A DNA stretch of 64,000 nucleotides from assembly GCA_035532555.1 (NCBI GenBank), contig DATKQS010000004.1, positions 2,425 through 66,424 of the forward strand, written 5' to 3'. Source of the stretch: Thermoplasmata archaeon. Its GTDB lineage: Archaea; Thermoplasmatota; Thermoplasmata; Lutacidiplasmatales; UBA184. Made by a program: the position numbers and the translations under genes. The notes under the pieces were generated by a model. It did not search any database. It was not told the origin of the DNA and saw only the letters and a list, made by a program, of their open reading frames with translations. Shown piece after piece: positions 1 through 9,046 of the stretch (positions are counted from its first letter, which is position 1; every line of letters begins with the position of its first letter).

Positions 1-1198
1 CGCTCGTCTCGCTCACGCCGAGACTCGAGGCGACCTCGGCGATCGGCATGAGCCGGAAGAGCACGTTGCGCTGCGGGTCCTCGGGCATCCGCCCGTCGCT
101 GCCCGCTCCGAAGAACCGGCTCGCCACCTTGAACTCGGGCTCCTCCAGCGCACCGCGCATCTCCGCTCGCGTCCACGTGTAGAAGCTCCCGTCGTCGCCG
201 GGTGCGTTGTCGGCGTCCTGGCTCGCGCCGAAGCCGCCCTCGGGATCGAGCAGAGTTGCCCGCACCCAGTTGACGATCCCGCCGATCACCTGCTCGAAGC
301 GCGGATCGGCGAAGCGCTGCGCGCCTTCCACGTACGCCGCGAGGAGCGCGGCGTTGTCGGAGGCCATCTTCTCGAAGTGGGGGATGTGCCAGGCCTCATC
401 GACCGAATAGCGATGGAACCCTCCGCCGATCTGATCGTAGATACCGCCGTCCGCCATCCGCAGGAGGTTCTCCCGGGCCCGCTCGCCCGAGACGGGGGTC
501 CGGCGAGAGTACTCCTCCCAAAGGAGTAGCGAGACGGCGGTCGGATGCGGGAACTTCGGCGCGAATCCAAACCCACCGTTCACGGGATCGTATCCCTGGT
601 GGACCTGGGCGAGGATCCCCGAGACGAACTCCTCGAGGGATCGGCCGGCGGCTGGACGGGCCGAGCGCATCCGCTCGAGCGCGTCGCGGATGCTCTGCGC
701 GTGCCGATGGAGCTGATCGGGTTCCTCCGTCCACAGGCGGGCGATCTCCGCGAGCAGCCGCCGGAAGCCCGGACGACCATGTCCGTCGGTCGGAGGGTAG
801 TACGTTCCGCCGAGGAAGACGTCCCCGTCGGGGGTCAGGAACCCGGTGAGAGGCCAGCCCCCTTGGCCCGTGAGCGCGCCGACCTGGCGCTGGTAGCGCC
901 GATCGATCTCGGGATAATCGTCCCGATCGACCTTGATGGCAACGAAGTGCGCGCCGAGCAGGCGAGCGACCTCGGCGTCCGAGTACGTTCCTTCGTCCAT
1001 GACATGGCACCAGTGGCACCACGAAGCCCCGATGTCAAGCAGGATGGGGCGGCCCGTCCGTCGAGCGACGTCGAACGCCTCGTTGCCCCAGGGATGCCAG
1101 TCGATCGGTTGGTCGGACGCGGCGCGAAGGTAGGCCGAGGAGGAGCCCTCGAGCCGCCATCCACGCGGGCGACCGGGCTCCGGAGGACCTTCCGCCAT
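1..1198 (-). CDS. Thioredoxin-domain protein of the YyaL/DUF255 family, N-terminal ~399 codons; the C-terminus lies beyond the window start
   Basis: Not in the ORF track because there is no stop inside the window. Hand translation of the minus strand from ATG 1198..1196 gives MAEGPPEPGRPRGWRLEGSSSAYLRAASDQPIDWHPWGNEAFDVARRTGRPILLDIGASWCHWCHVMDEGTYSD..., the DUF255 thioredoxin-like CxxC signature. The listed + ORF 545..1486 is its Arg/Pro-rich shadow. Confidence 0.8.
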   Translation of the reverse strand, partial: MAEGPPEPGRPRGWRLEGSSSAYLRAASDQPIDWHPWGNEAFDVARRTGRPILLDIGASWCHWCHVMDEGTYSDAEVARLLGAHFVAIKVDRDDYPEIDRRYQRQVGALTGQGGWPLTGFLTPDGDVFLGGTYYPPTDGHGRPGFRRLLAEIARLWTEEPDQLHRHAQSIRDALERMRSARPAAGRSLEEFVSGILAQVHQGYDPVNGGFGFAPKFPHPTAVSLLLWEEYSRRTPVSGERARENLLRMADGGIYDQIGGGFHRYSVDEAWHIPHFEKMASDNAALLAAYVEGAQRFADPRFEQVIGGIVNWVRATLLDPEGGFGASQDADNAPGDDGSFYTWTRAEMRGALEEPEFKVASRFFGAGSDGRMPEDPQRNVLFRLMPIAEVASSLGVSETS

Positions 1199-1335
1199 CG
1201 ACACGTACCGGGCCCGAAGGGACTTACAGTTGTCGCCGCGGTCTGCGGTACCGGCGCTACCGGCTGGTCTGAGTGCAACCGCCCTCGTTCCGCTTATAAG
1301 GGGCGCCCGAGTGTCCCGCGCCGGAGTAGCCTTCG

Positions 1336-2091
1336 ATGGAGATGCAACCGGGCCAGATGGCCTACGACCGCGCCATTACCGTCTTTTCTCCGGACGGACG
1401 CTTGTTCCAAGTCGAGTACGCCCGCGAGGCGGTTCGCCGGGGAGCCACCACCGCCGGTGTGGTCTATGCGAACGGGGTCGTTCTGATCGCCGATCGGCGG
1501 ATCCCGAATCCAAAGCTGGCCGAACCGGCGAGCCTCGAAAAGATCCACCAGATCGATGAGAACATCGCTTGCGCCACGGCCGGCCTGGTCGCGGACGCCC
1601 GCGTTCTGGTCGATCACGCGCGACTCTCGGCCCAAGTTCACCGGATCACTTACGCCGAGTCGATCCCGGTCGAGGTGCTGGTCCGCAAGATCTGCGACAA
1701 CAAGCAACAGTACACCCAGTACGGAGGGGTCCGCCCGTTCGGGACCGCGCTCCTCGTCGGCGGCTACGACGATTCGGGCATTCATCTCTTCGAGACCGAA
1801 CCTTCCGGCTCCCTAACGAGCTTCCATGCCACGAGCACGGGCGGCAACAAGGGCCCGGTCATGGAGCTCTTCGAGGCGAAGTACAAGCCCGGTCTCGATC
1901 GCGACGCGGCGATCCTCCTCGCCCTCGAAGGGCTGCGGACCGCTCTCGATGAAGGGGCGAGCCTGGCCCAGGTCGAGATCTGCACCGTTCAGCCCGGCGA
2001 GGGAATGCGCCGGCTCTCCGCCGAGGAAGTACAGAAGTACTCTAGCCGACTTCCCCCGGCCCCGAATCCCCCCAAGAGCGGCCGACCGTAG
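1336..2091 (+). CDS. psmA: 20S proteasome alpha subunit
   Basis: 251 aa. The N-terminus MQPGQMAYDRAITVFSPDGRLFQVEYAREAV is the archaeal proteasome alpha signature. It is the first gene of the conserved proteasome/exosome superoperon order. Confidence 0.95.
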   Translation: MEMQPGQMAYDRAITVFSPDGRLFQVEYAREAVRRGATTAGVVYANGVVLIADRRIPNPKLAEPASLEKIHQIDENIACATAGLVADARVLVDHARLSAQVHRITYAESIPVEVLVRKICDNKQQYTQYGGVRPFGTALLVGGYDDSGIHLFETEPSGSLTSFHATSTGGNKGPVMELFEAKYKPGLDRDAAILLALEGLRTALDEGASLAQVEICTVQPGEGMRRLSAEEVQKYSSRLPPAPNPPKSGRP

Positions 2092-2127
2092 GCCACACCG
2101 CACCGAGAGGGGGGCGGGATCCGAACG

Positions 2128-2823
2128 ATGGTCAAGGTCGACGACGCGGTGATCGCCCGATGGGAGCACGCGGGCTCGCGCTTCGAGGTCCTCGTCGATC
2201 CGACGGCGGTCCAGGACATCAAGGACGGCAAGGACATCGATCTTGCCGACAAGCTCGCCCTCGACCAGGTCTTCAAGGACGCGAAGAAGGGCGACAAGAT
2301 CTCCGAGGAGCACCTCGAGAAGATCTTCCACACTCGCAACATCGCGGTGATCGCCAAGGAGATCGTCCAGAAGGGCGAGGTCCAGGTCACCACCGAGCAG
2401 CGCCACCAGCTCCAGGAGGTGAAGCGCCGGCAGATCGTCGCCACGATCGCCCGCAACGCGATGAACCCTCAGACGGGCGCGCCCCATCCGCCCGCGCGGA
2501 TCGAGGCGGCGATGACGGAGGCCAAGGTTCACATCGATCCGTTCCGCCCCGTCGACGCCCAGGTCCAGGAGGTCCTCACCAAGCTCCGTCCCCTCCTCCC
2601 GATTCGCTTCGACGTCGTGCGGGTCCGCATCAAGGTCCCGGCGCAGCACTACCCGCGCGTCATCGGGGAGATCAAGGGAATGGGAAAGCTCTCGGACGAG
2701 CAGTGGGGCAGCGATGGATCCTGGAGCGGGATCCTCGAGATCCCCGCCGGCGTGCAGACCGATCTCTACGAGAAGCTCAATGCGCGCACGAAGGGGACCG
2801 CCGAGACCGCTTTGGTTAAATAG
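2128..2823 (+). CDS. SBDS/Sdo1 family ribosome maturation protein
   Basis: 231 aa. VIARWEHAGSRFEVLVDP...KISEEHLEKIFHT looks like the SBDS N-terminal domain. The gene sits in the canonical position between psmA and rrp4. Confidence 0.88.
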   Translation: MVKVDDAVIARWEHAGSRFEVLVDPTAVQDIKDGKDIDLADKLALDQVFKDAKKGDKISEEHLEKIFHTRNIAVIAKEIVQKGEVQVTTEQRHQLQEVKRRQIVATIARNAMNPQTGAPHPPARIEAAMTEAKVHIDPFRPVDAQVQEVLTKLRPLLPIRFDVVRVRIKVPAQHYPRVIGEIKGMGKLSDEQWGSDGSWSGILEIPAGVQTDLYEKLNARTKGTAETALVK

Positions 2824-2860
2824 AGCACCATCGTCCAACGCGCCCGGTGCAGCATAAACA

Positions 2861-3676
2861 ATGGACAGTGGACATCTGCCGGGCCACCGTACTCGTGGCC
2901 GCGAGGGTCGTTCCTCGCATCCCTCTGGGGATCGGACACTAGTACTTCCCGGGGAAGAGATCCCTTCCGATGGCCTTCGACCGGGCTCCGGTACCTACCG
3001 GGTCCACGGCAAGGTCTACGCGAGCGTGCTCGGTCTCGTGGCCGAGCGGCCGCCGTTCATCCAAGTACTCCCGCTCTCGGGACGCTACATCCCCAAGGCC
3101 GGGGACGTGGTGCTCGGGACCGTGACAGACGTTCAAGGTACATTCTGGCTGCTGGACATCGGCGCTCCCCGGTGGGCCCCTCTCCACATGACCGGGACCC
3201 CATGGAAGATCGAGATTGGTGAGACCGACCGCTACCTGCGGGTCGGCGACGCGGTCGCGGTGCGGGTCGAGAACCTCGAAGCGACCGGGCGCATCGGAGT
3301 GACGATGGTGGGCGATGGCCTCGGACGGCTCGAAGGCGGGACCATCATCACCGTCTCCCCCGCTCGCATCCCCCGTGTGATCGGCCGTGGAGGGTCGATG
3401 ATCCAGTCCATCCAGAGCCTGACGGGCGCCAAGATGACCGTCGGCCAGAATGGCCGCGTGTGGGTCGATGGGACTCCGGAGGCCATCGGCCGCGTGCGCC
3501 AGGCACTGCGCATCATCGATCTGGACGGGCACCGCCCGGGGCTGACCGAACGGATCCAGGATCTGCTCGGATCGCGCTCGCCGGACGTTACTGTCCCGCG
3601 CCTGCCCGCTCCCCCGGCGGAACGGGAGATGGCGATCCCCGACGACGACGTGCCGGAACCCCCCGACGAGCCGTGA
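2861..3676 (+). CDS. rrp4: Exosome complex RNA-binding protein Rrp4 (S1 + KH)
   Basis: 271 aa. An S1-like segment (GDVVLGTVTDVQGTFWLLDIG) is followed by a KH motif (IPRVIGRGGSMIQSI), and synteny fits. The first ~30 codons and the exact start are uncertain. Confidence 0.88.
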   Translation: MDSGHLPGHRTRGREGRSSHPSGDRTLVLPGEEIPSDGLRPGSGTYRVHGKVYASVLGLVAERPPFIQVLPLSGRYIPKAGDVVLGTVTDVQGTFWLLDIGAPRWAPLHMTGTPWKIEIGETDRYLRVGDAVAVRVENLEATGRIGVTMVGDGLGRLEGGTIITVSPARIPRVIGRGGSMIQSIQSLTGAKMTVGQNGRVWVDGTPEAIGRVRQALRIIDLDGHRPGLTERIQDLLGSRSPDVTVPRLPAPPAEREMAIPDDDVPEPPDEP

Positions 3677-3702
3677 ACTGATATTCCAAGGAGAAAACTA
3701 CT

Positions 3703-4455
3703 ATGGGAAACGTAGGTGCGAAAGAAGTCCCCGTCCTGTTGAGCCCCGAGGGGATCCGCGTCGATGGTCGCCGGCTGGACGAGCTGCGGCCGCTGAGAGT
3801 CGTGGCCGGGCCGCTCCATCGGGCCGACGGCTCCGCGTTCGTGGAGTGGGGAGCGAACAAGGTGATGGCCGCGGTCTATGGGCCCCGAGAGGTCCACCCG
3901 CGCCATCTCCAACAGAACAACAAGGCGATCGTCCAGTGCAAGTACAACATGGCGGCGTTCAGCGTCGACGAGCGCAAGCGCCCCGGCCTCGACCGCCGCT
4001 CGCAGGAGATCAGCAAGGTGATCGCCGAGGCGTTCGAGTCCGTGATCTTCGCGGAGGAGTACCCGAGGACGAGCATCGACGTCTACATCGAGGTGCTCCA
4101 GGCGAACGCCGGGACGCGCTGCGCCGGTCTCGTCGCGGCGTCCGTCGCGCTCGCGGACGCAGGGATCCCGATGGCGGACCTCGTGCCGGCCGTCGCGGTC
4201 GGCAAGGTCGCGGGCGAGATCGTGCTCGATCTGAACAAAGCCGAAGACAACTTCGGAGAGGCCGATCTTCCGATGGCGCTCGTGCCGCAATCCGGCCGCC
4301 TCGTCCTCCTCCAGATGGAGGGCCACATGACGCGCGAGGAGCTCTCCCGCGCCCTCGACATGGGCGTGAAGGGCTGCCATGTCATCTACGACAAGATGAA
4401 GGCGGCGCTGCGGGACCGCTATAGCGGGACCCGCCCGACGGAGGTCGCTGCATGA
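3703..4455 (+). CDS. rrp41: Exosome complex exonuclease Rrp41 (RNase PH fold)
   Basis: 250 aa. RVDGRRLDELRPLRVVAGPLHRADGSAFVEWG is an RNase PH N-terminal pattern. There is a 4-nt overlap with the next gene. Confidence 0.92.
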   Translation: MGNVGAKEVPVLLSPEGIRVDGRRLDELRPLRVVAGPLHRADGSAFVEWGANKVMAAVYGPREVHPRHLQQNNKAIVQCKYNMAAFSVDERKRPGLDRRSQEISKVIAEAFESVIFAEEYPRTSIDVYIEVLQANAGTRCAGLVAASVALADAGIPMADLVPAVAVGKVAGEIVLDLNKAEDNFGEADLPMALVPQSGRLVLLQMEGHMTREELSRALDMGVKGCHVIYDKMKAALRDRYSGTRPTEVAA

Positions 4456-5243
4456 GCGAAGAGATCACCGCCGACATCCTGACGACGCACATCCTCGACC
4501 TCGCCGCGAGTGGCAAGCGCATGGATGGGCGGAGCGCCGATCAGTACCGCCCGGTCTCGGTCGAGATCGGCTTCGTGACGACCGCCGATGGTTCGGCGCT
4601 CGCGCGGATCGGAGACACCGCGGTCCTCTCGGGCATCAAGCTCGAGCCGGGCAAGCCGTTCCCGGACACCCCGAACGCGGGCGTCCTCACGACCAACGCC
4701 GAACTGATCCCGCTCTCCAGCCCAACGTTCGAGCCGGGGCCGCCGCAGCCCTGGGCGATCGAAGTCTCCCGGGTGGTCGACCGGGCGATCCGCGCCGCGG
4801 AGGCCATCGACCTGACCAAGCTGTGCGTGACGCCGGGGGAGAAGACGTGGGTCTGCTACGTCGATATCCACGTGCTCGATCACTCCGGGAACCTGATCGA
4901 TGCGGCGATGCTCGCCGGGATCTCCGCGCTGCACCACGCGATCTTGCCGAGCAAGCGCTTCGGCATCGGGGAAGCGGACACCCCGCTCGACGTGCAGCAC
5001 ACCCCGATCGAATGCACCTTCGTGCGCCTCGGTGACGCGATCGTGGTCGATCCGAGCTTCGAGGAGGAACGCGCGGCGCAGGGCCGCCTTACAGTCGCGA
5101 CCGATGAGACGGGACGCGTCGTGGCCATGCAAAAGGGTCTTGTGGGCGCCTTTTCTCCAGACGACATCCGCGCCACCGTCGAGCGGGCGTTCCACCACGG
5201 GGATCGCCTGCGCACCGTCGCCCGGAAGGGAGGCACCCTATGA
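4452..5243 (+). CDS. rrp42: Exosome complex component Rrp42 (RNase PH-like)
   Basis: 263 aa with MDGRSADQYRPVSVEIGFVTTADGSALARIGDT. It has ATGA-type overlaps with rrp41 and L37Ae. Confidence 0.9.
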   Translation: MSEEITADILTTHILDLAASGKRMDGRSADQYRPVSVEIGFVTTADGSALARIGDTAVLSGIKLEPGKPFPDTPNAGVLTTNAELIPLSSPTFEPGPPQPWAIEVSRVVDRAIRAAEAIDLTKLCVTPGEKTWVCYVDIHVLDHSGNLIDAAMLAGISALHHAILPSKRFGIGEADTPLDVQHTPIECTFVRLGDAIVVDPSFEEERAAQGRLTVATDETGRVVAMQKGLVGAFSPDDIRATVERAFHHGDRLRTVARKGGTL

Positions 5244-5509
5244 GCAAGCGCACGAAGAAGGTCGGAAACACCGGCTGGATGGGGGCTCGCTACGGGATCC
5301 GCATCCGGCGTCGGGTCCTCGAACTCGACCGCAGCCGGGGCCACCGTGCGGCCTGTCCCCGATGCTCGACGGTAACGCTCTCACGGATCTCGAGCGGGGT
5401 CTTCGAATGCGGGCGCTGCGGCACCCGGTTTGCCTCGGGTGCCTACTTGTTCGCCCCACCGGGGCCCGTCAGCCGAGCCGAACGCGAACCCGTGGCGGGC
5501 AAGCCTTAA
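5240..5509 (+). CDS. rpl37ae: Ribosomal protein L37Ae (eL43)
   Basis: 89 aa. KKVGNTGWMGARYG plus a CPRC...CGRC zinc ribbon, with matching synteny. Confidence 0.92.
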   Translation: MSKRTKKVGNTGWMGARYGIRIRRRVLELDRSRGHRAACPRCSTVTLSRISSGVFECGRCGTRFASGAYLFAPPGPVSRAEREPVAGKP

Positions 5510-5539
5510 GGCCGCCGGGTTTCGTGGTAGGAGCGAGCC

Positions 5540-5674
5540 ATGTTCCGGTGCATCCGGTGCGGGGAGGCCCTCCCCTCCGACGCGAACCTCTTCGGGGTTC
5601 GTTGCGACAACTGCGGCGGCAAGATCTTCACCAAGGAACACCCCAACGTCAAGAAAGTGCTGAAGGCACGCTGA
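5540..5674 (+). CDS. rpoP: DNA-directed RNA polymerase subunit P (Rpo12)
   Basis: Hand-found 44-codon ORF below the ORF-track size cutoff: MFRCIRCGEALPSDANLFGVRCDNCGGKIFTKEHPNVKKVLKAR. It has two CxxC pairs (zinc ribbon), is in frame from ATG 5540 to TGA 5672..5674, and sits in the canonical slot after L37Ae. Confidence 0.8.
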   Translation: MFRCIRCGEALPSDANLFGVRCDNCGGKIFTKEHPNVKKVLKAR

Positions 5675-5717
5675 GCCCGCCACCGCTTCCCGGCTCCCGC
5701 AGGGGGGTAATATACAG

Positions 5718-8700
5718 GTGGCCGGCCTAGTCGCGCGATCCGCGCGCTCGAAAGCGGGCGGGCGCTCGATGATGTGGCGAACCGACCGGCGACCCCGCGC
5801 TCCATTCGCAGTCGCCGCGGTTAGCGCGACGGCGATCCTGATCGTGCTCGGAGGCCTTCCGGTCGTGGGGGCGCCGGCTCCCGCCGCTCCCTGCGCGATG
5901 TGTTCTCCGCCTCCGGTGCATGCGCCCTCGGTGCCCGGCTCGATCAACGTCTACTCGATCACGCCGGGGGTCCAAACCCTAGACCCCGCCGTCGCGTCCG
6001 ATCCGACCTCCGTGGAAGCGATCCTGAACATCTACCAGACGCTGATCACGTACGACGGCAACGCGACCTCTTCGTTCGTGCCCGAGCTCGCGGCGTGCGT
6101 GCCGGGGACCGCCCAGTGCCAGCAGCTCTTTGGGACTTCCCTCATCGTGAACGGATCGATGGGCTCGCCGCAGTCCTATACGTTCCCCATCGATCCCGCG
6201 GCCCGGTTCTACGACTCCAAGACCGGGGTGGGCTGGCCCGTCTACCCGTCCGACGTGCTCTTCTCCTTCGCGCGGCTTGAAGCCTTCGCGAACCTCCCGA
6301 CCCCCGGGAGCACGCCGGGCTGGATCATCTCCCAGGCGCTTCTCCCGGTGGGAAACCCGAGCTGGGACGATGGGATCCACTATCCGTACAACAACACCCC
6401 CCAGAACGTCCTGTCGTCGATCCTCGTGAACGACTCGACCTATTGCCCGGCGTCCGCGCTCGCCGCGAGCGGATGCGTGACGTTCGTTGCGAACGGTAGC
6501 GGCACCTCCTGGCCGGCGTTGCTGAGCATGCTGGCGAGCCCGACCGGCACGAGCATCGAACCGTGCGGCTGGTTCTCGTTCGTCGGCGCGGGTGTCGATG
6601 GGTTCAATGGGACCACCGCCTCCTACGGGGATGGGCCGTGTCTCCTCCCGGGTGCCGCGACCGGCTCGAACGCGACCGGTTTCCAGGACTACCTCCGCAC
6701 CGTTCCCTCCACCGCCTGGGACCGACTCGAACTCCTCGCGGATGTCCACCCGCTGACCCCCCAGCCGTCGGTAGAGTGGATCGCCGTGGGATCGGGTCCG
6801 TACTCGCTCGAGAGCATCGATCCGCGCACGGGCTACGTCCTCGGAGCGAGCCCGGTGTACCGATCCCCTACGGGCTGCGCCGGCACCATAGGATGCGAGC
6901 CTCTCCCGGGAACGTACTTTCCTACCGTGAACATGTTCTACGAATCAAACGATACCCTCGGCGTGAAGGAGTACCTCTCCGGTCGGGCCGCGGTCGCCAC
7001 GATCGATCCTGCGGATGCCGCGGCGTTCGATGCGCTCTACACGGCCGGCAAGATCGGCGAGATGAGCGTCCCGACCCTTCGGACCAACTTCCAGACGTAC
7101 AATCTGAATTTCGACGTGGTGAACGAACGCCAGATCGATCCGACCGGCTGGCTCAACGTCCCGGCGGATTTCCTCAGCTTCAACGGGCTGCGCGAGTTCC
7201 TCAGTCTGACCTATCCGTACACCTCCCTCGCGCCCACCCTTCGGACGAGCTACGGGGCGCTGTACGGGCTCGACTACGGTGGCGCGATCCCCCGGTACCT
7301 CGGTAACGAGTACCCTGCGAACGTCACGTGGCCGTCCGCCGATCCGGTGGCCAGCGCGAACGTTCCGGGGAGCGCTGCGTGGTACTGGGCGCAGACCACG
7401 CTGTCGACCTCGGGACTCTACGATCCCGAATTGAGCCAATGCTCCTCGGCCCACCCGTGCCGCTTCCCGATCATGTACTCGACCTCGCCCAGCGGGGCCG
7501 ACTCGGGACCCCTTACCATCGGTCAGCTCACCGCTTGGAGCCAATCGATCGCCGACCTCAGCAATGGAGCCCTCCAGCCGTACGTGCTCGGGCCGGAGTG
7601 CGGAGCGTACAAGGTGGGTCCATCTCCCTGTACGTTCGCCCCGGGCCAGTCCCCGTACACGACCATCGGGGCCGGATCCACCGCCGCGTTCGCGGATCCA
7701 AACGCCGTGGTCGGCCGGCTCTATACGTCCAACGAGTCGTGGCCCTACTCCGACTCCTTGGCCCCGCAGCTCGCCCGCCCTCAGTTCGACAGCCCCACGT
7801 GCGGCTACGACGGCGGCTCGTGGGCGGATCTGATCCACTGGGCCGGCTCGTCGTTCATCGCCACGGAGTGCCAGGGCGTGGCGTACCGATCAATGGCGAC
7901 ATGGATCTCGACCGGGAGCCTGCTCGCCCCCGGCACGTACCGGACGCTGGTCTACAACGAGATCGAGCATGTCGCGAACCTGCTCGCGCTCTATGTGTAC
8001 ACCTACCAGGGATCCGATCCGCAGACCTACGCGTCGTGGGTCAATGCCGCGAGCCTTAACATGAACCCCGTGCTCGGCGGCGAAGGCATCGAGCCGTGGT
8101 ACTCGCTCCGGGCGGTGGGTCCGGCCCCACCGACGGAGTACCCCGTCGCCTTTCACGAAGTCGGACTGCCCGCGAACGTGAACTGGTCGGTATCGGTGAA
8201 CGGCTCGACGATCCGATCCGCGACCCTCTCCATCGTATTCGATGTTCCGAACGGTACCTACGACTTCTCGATCCAGGGCGTCGGAGGGTACACCGTGACG
8301 CCGGCGGCCGGAACGGTGGAGATGAATGGGACCTCCCGGACGATCTTCGTCTCCTACGTCCTGACGCCGGGCACCTACCTCGTCCAGTTCGAAGAGTCCG
8401 GCCTACCGACCGGGACCATCTGGTCGGTGACCCTGAACGGATCTCCCGAGGTCCGTACCTCATCCACGTCGATCTCCTTCAGTCTGACGAACGGTCGCTA
8501 CACCTACGCCTTCGGGAGCGTGCGCGGGTTCACCGTAGCGGGGGCCACAGGTTCGTTCTGGGTGATCGACCTCGAGGAGAACATCTCGGTCCGGTATCTG
8601 GGGATCGTCGTGACGTACACGTTGCATGTGGAGGAGACCGGTCTGCCCGCCGGGACCCCGTGGAGCGTATCGGTCGGGCCGGCCACGCGCAACCTCTCCA

Positions 8701-8984
8701 CCCCATCCACCGACTGGATGATGCCGAACGGGACGTACTCCTTCGCAGTGAATTCGAGCGGGTTCGACGCGACGCCAACGTACGGATCGATCGCGATCGA
8801 CGGGAAGAACACGACCCTGAACGTCACCTTCGTCGCCTACCGATCGACCAACCCCTCGAGCTCGGGATCGGGCAGCGTTCCGTCCTGGGCCTGGGCCGCC
8901 CTGGCCTCGGCGGTCACCGTGGCCGCGGTCGGCGGCGCGTGGCTCCTGGTGCGACCGCGGCGGCCGCGGGGACTGGGGCCATGA
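5718..8984 (+). CDS. Large secreted, C-terminally membrane-anchored protein: family-5 (peptide/nickel type) solute-binding-like domain plus three thermopsin-type GLPxGTxW repeats
   Basis: 1088 aa. The N-terminal hydrophobic segment is FAVAAVSATAILIVLGGLPVV. INVYSITPGVQTLDPAVASDPTSVEAILNIYQTLITYDG resembles the SBP_bac_5 N-terminus. There are many N-x-S/T sequons and a Ser-rich linker (STNPSSSGSGS), then a TM helix WAWAALASAVTVAAVGGAWLLV and a basic tail RPRRPRG. The start may be the internal MMW at ~5766. Confidence 0.7.
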   Translation: MAGLVARSARSKAGGRSMMWRTDRRPRAPFAVAAVSATAILIVLGGLPVVGAPAPAAPCAMCSPPPVHAPSVPGSINVYSITPGVQTLDPAVASDPTSVEAILNIYQTLITYDGNATSSFVPELAACVPGTAQCQQLFGTSLIVNGSMGSPQSYTFPIDPAARFYDSKTGVGWPVYPSDVLFSFARLEAFANLPTPGSTPGWIISQALLPVGNPSWDDGIHYPYNNTPQNVLSSILVNDSTYCPASALAASGCVTFVANGSGTSWPALLSMLASPTGTSIEPCGWFSFVGAGVDGFNGTTASYGDGPCLLPGAATGSNATGFQDYLRTVPSTAWDRLELLADVHPLTPQPSVEWIAVGSGPYSLESIDPRTGYVLGASPVYRSPTGCAGTIGCEPLPGTYFPTVNMFYESNDTLGVKEYLSGRAAVATIDPADAAAFDALYTAGKIGEMSVPTLRTNFQTYNLNFDVVNERQIDPTGWLNVPADFLSFNGLREFLSLTYPYTSLAPTLRTSYGALYGLDYGGAIPRYLGNEYPANVTWPSADPVASANVPGSAAWYWAQTTLSTSGLYDPELSQCSSAHPCRFPIMYSTSPSGADSGPLTIGQLTAWSQSIADLSNGALQPYVLGPECGAYKVGPSPCTFAPGQSPYTTIGAGSTAAFADPNAVVGRLYTSNESWPYSDSLAPQLARPQFDSPTCGYDGGSWADLIHWAGSSFIATECQGVAYRSMATWISTGSLLAPGTYRTLVYNEIEHVANLLALYVYTYQGSDPQTYASWVNAASLNMNPVLGGEGIEPWYSLRAVGPAPPTEYPVAFHEVGLPANVNWSVSVNGSTIRSATLSIVFDVPNGTYDFSIQGVGGYTVTPAAGTVEMNGTSRTIFVSYVLTPGTYLVQFEESGLPTGTIWSVTLNGSPEVRTSSTSISFSLTNGRYTYAFGSVRGFTVAGATGSFWVIDLEENISVRYLGIVVTYTLHVEETGLPAGTPWSVSVGPATRNLSTPSTDWMMPNGTYSFAVNSSGFDATPTYGSIAIDGKNTTLNVTFVAYRSTNPSSSGSGSVPSWAWAALASAVTVAAVGGAWLLVRPRRPRGLGP
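8139..8840 (+). repeat. Three tandem ~80-aa protein-level repeats inside the surface protein
   Basis: YPVAFHEVGLPANVNWSVSVNG..., YLVQFEESGLPTGTIWSVTLNG..., YTLHVEETGLPAGTPWSVSVGP... Each is followed by a PNGTY / TNGRYTY / PNGTYSF segment. Coordinates are approximate, within a few nt. Confidence 0.6.
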
Positions 8985-9046
8985 CCGTCCCCGATCGGCT
9001 CGAGCGCTAACCGCTAAGCGTCCACGGAGATTCCCCGGAACCGATC

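Noticed and set aside
545-1486. 313-aa + strand ORF, together with several minus-strand ORFs at 286..1278
   Set aside because: All are off-frame relative to the DUF255 thioredoxin-domain gene, which reads cleanly on the minus strand from ATG 1198. That gene is absent from the track only because it lacks a stop in the window.
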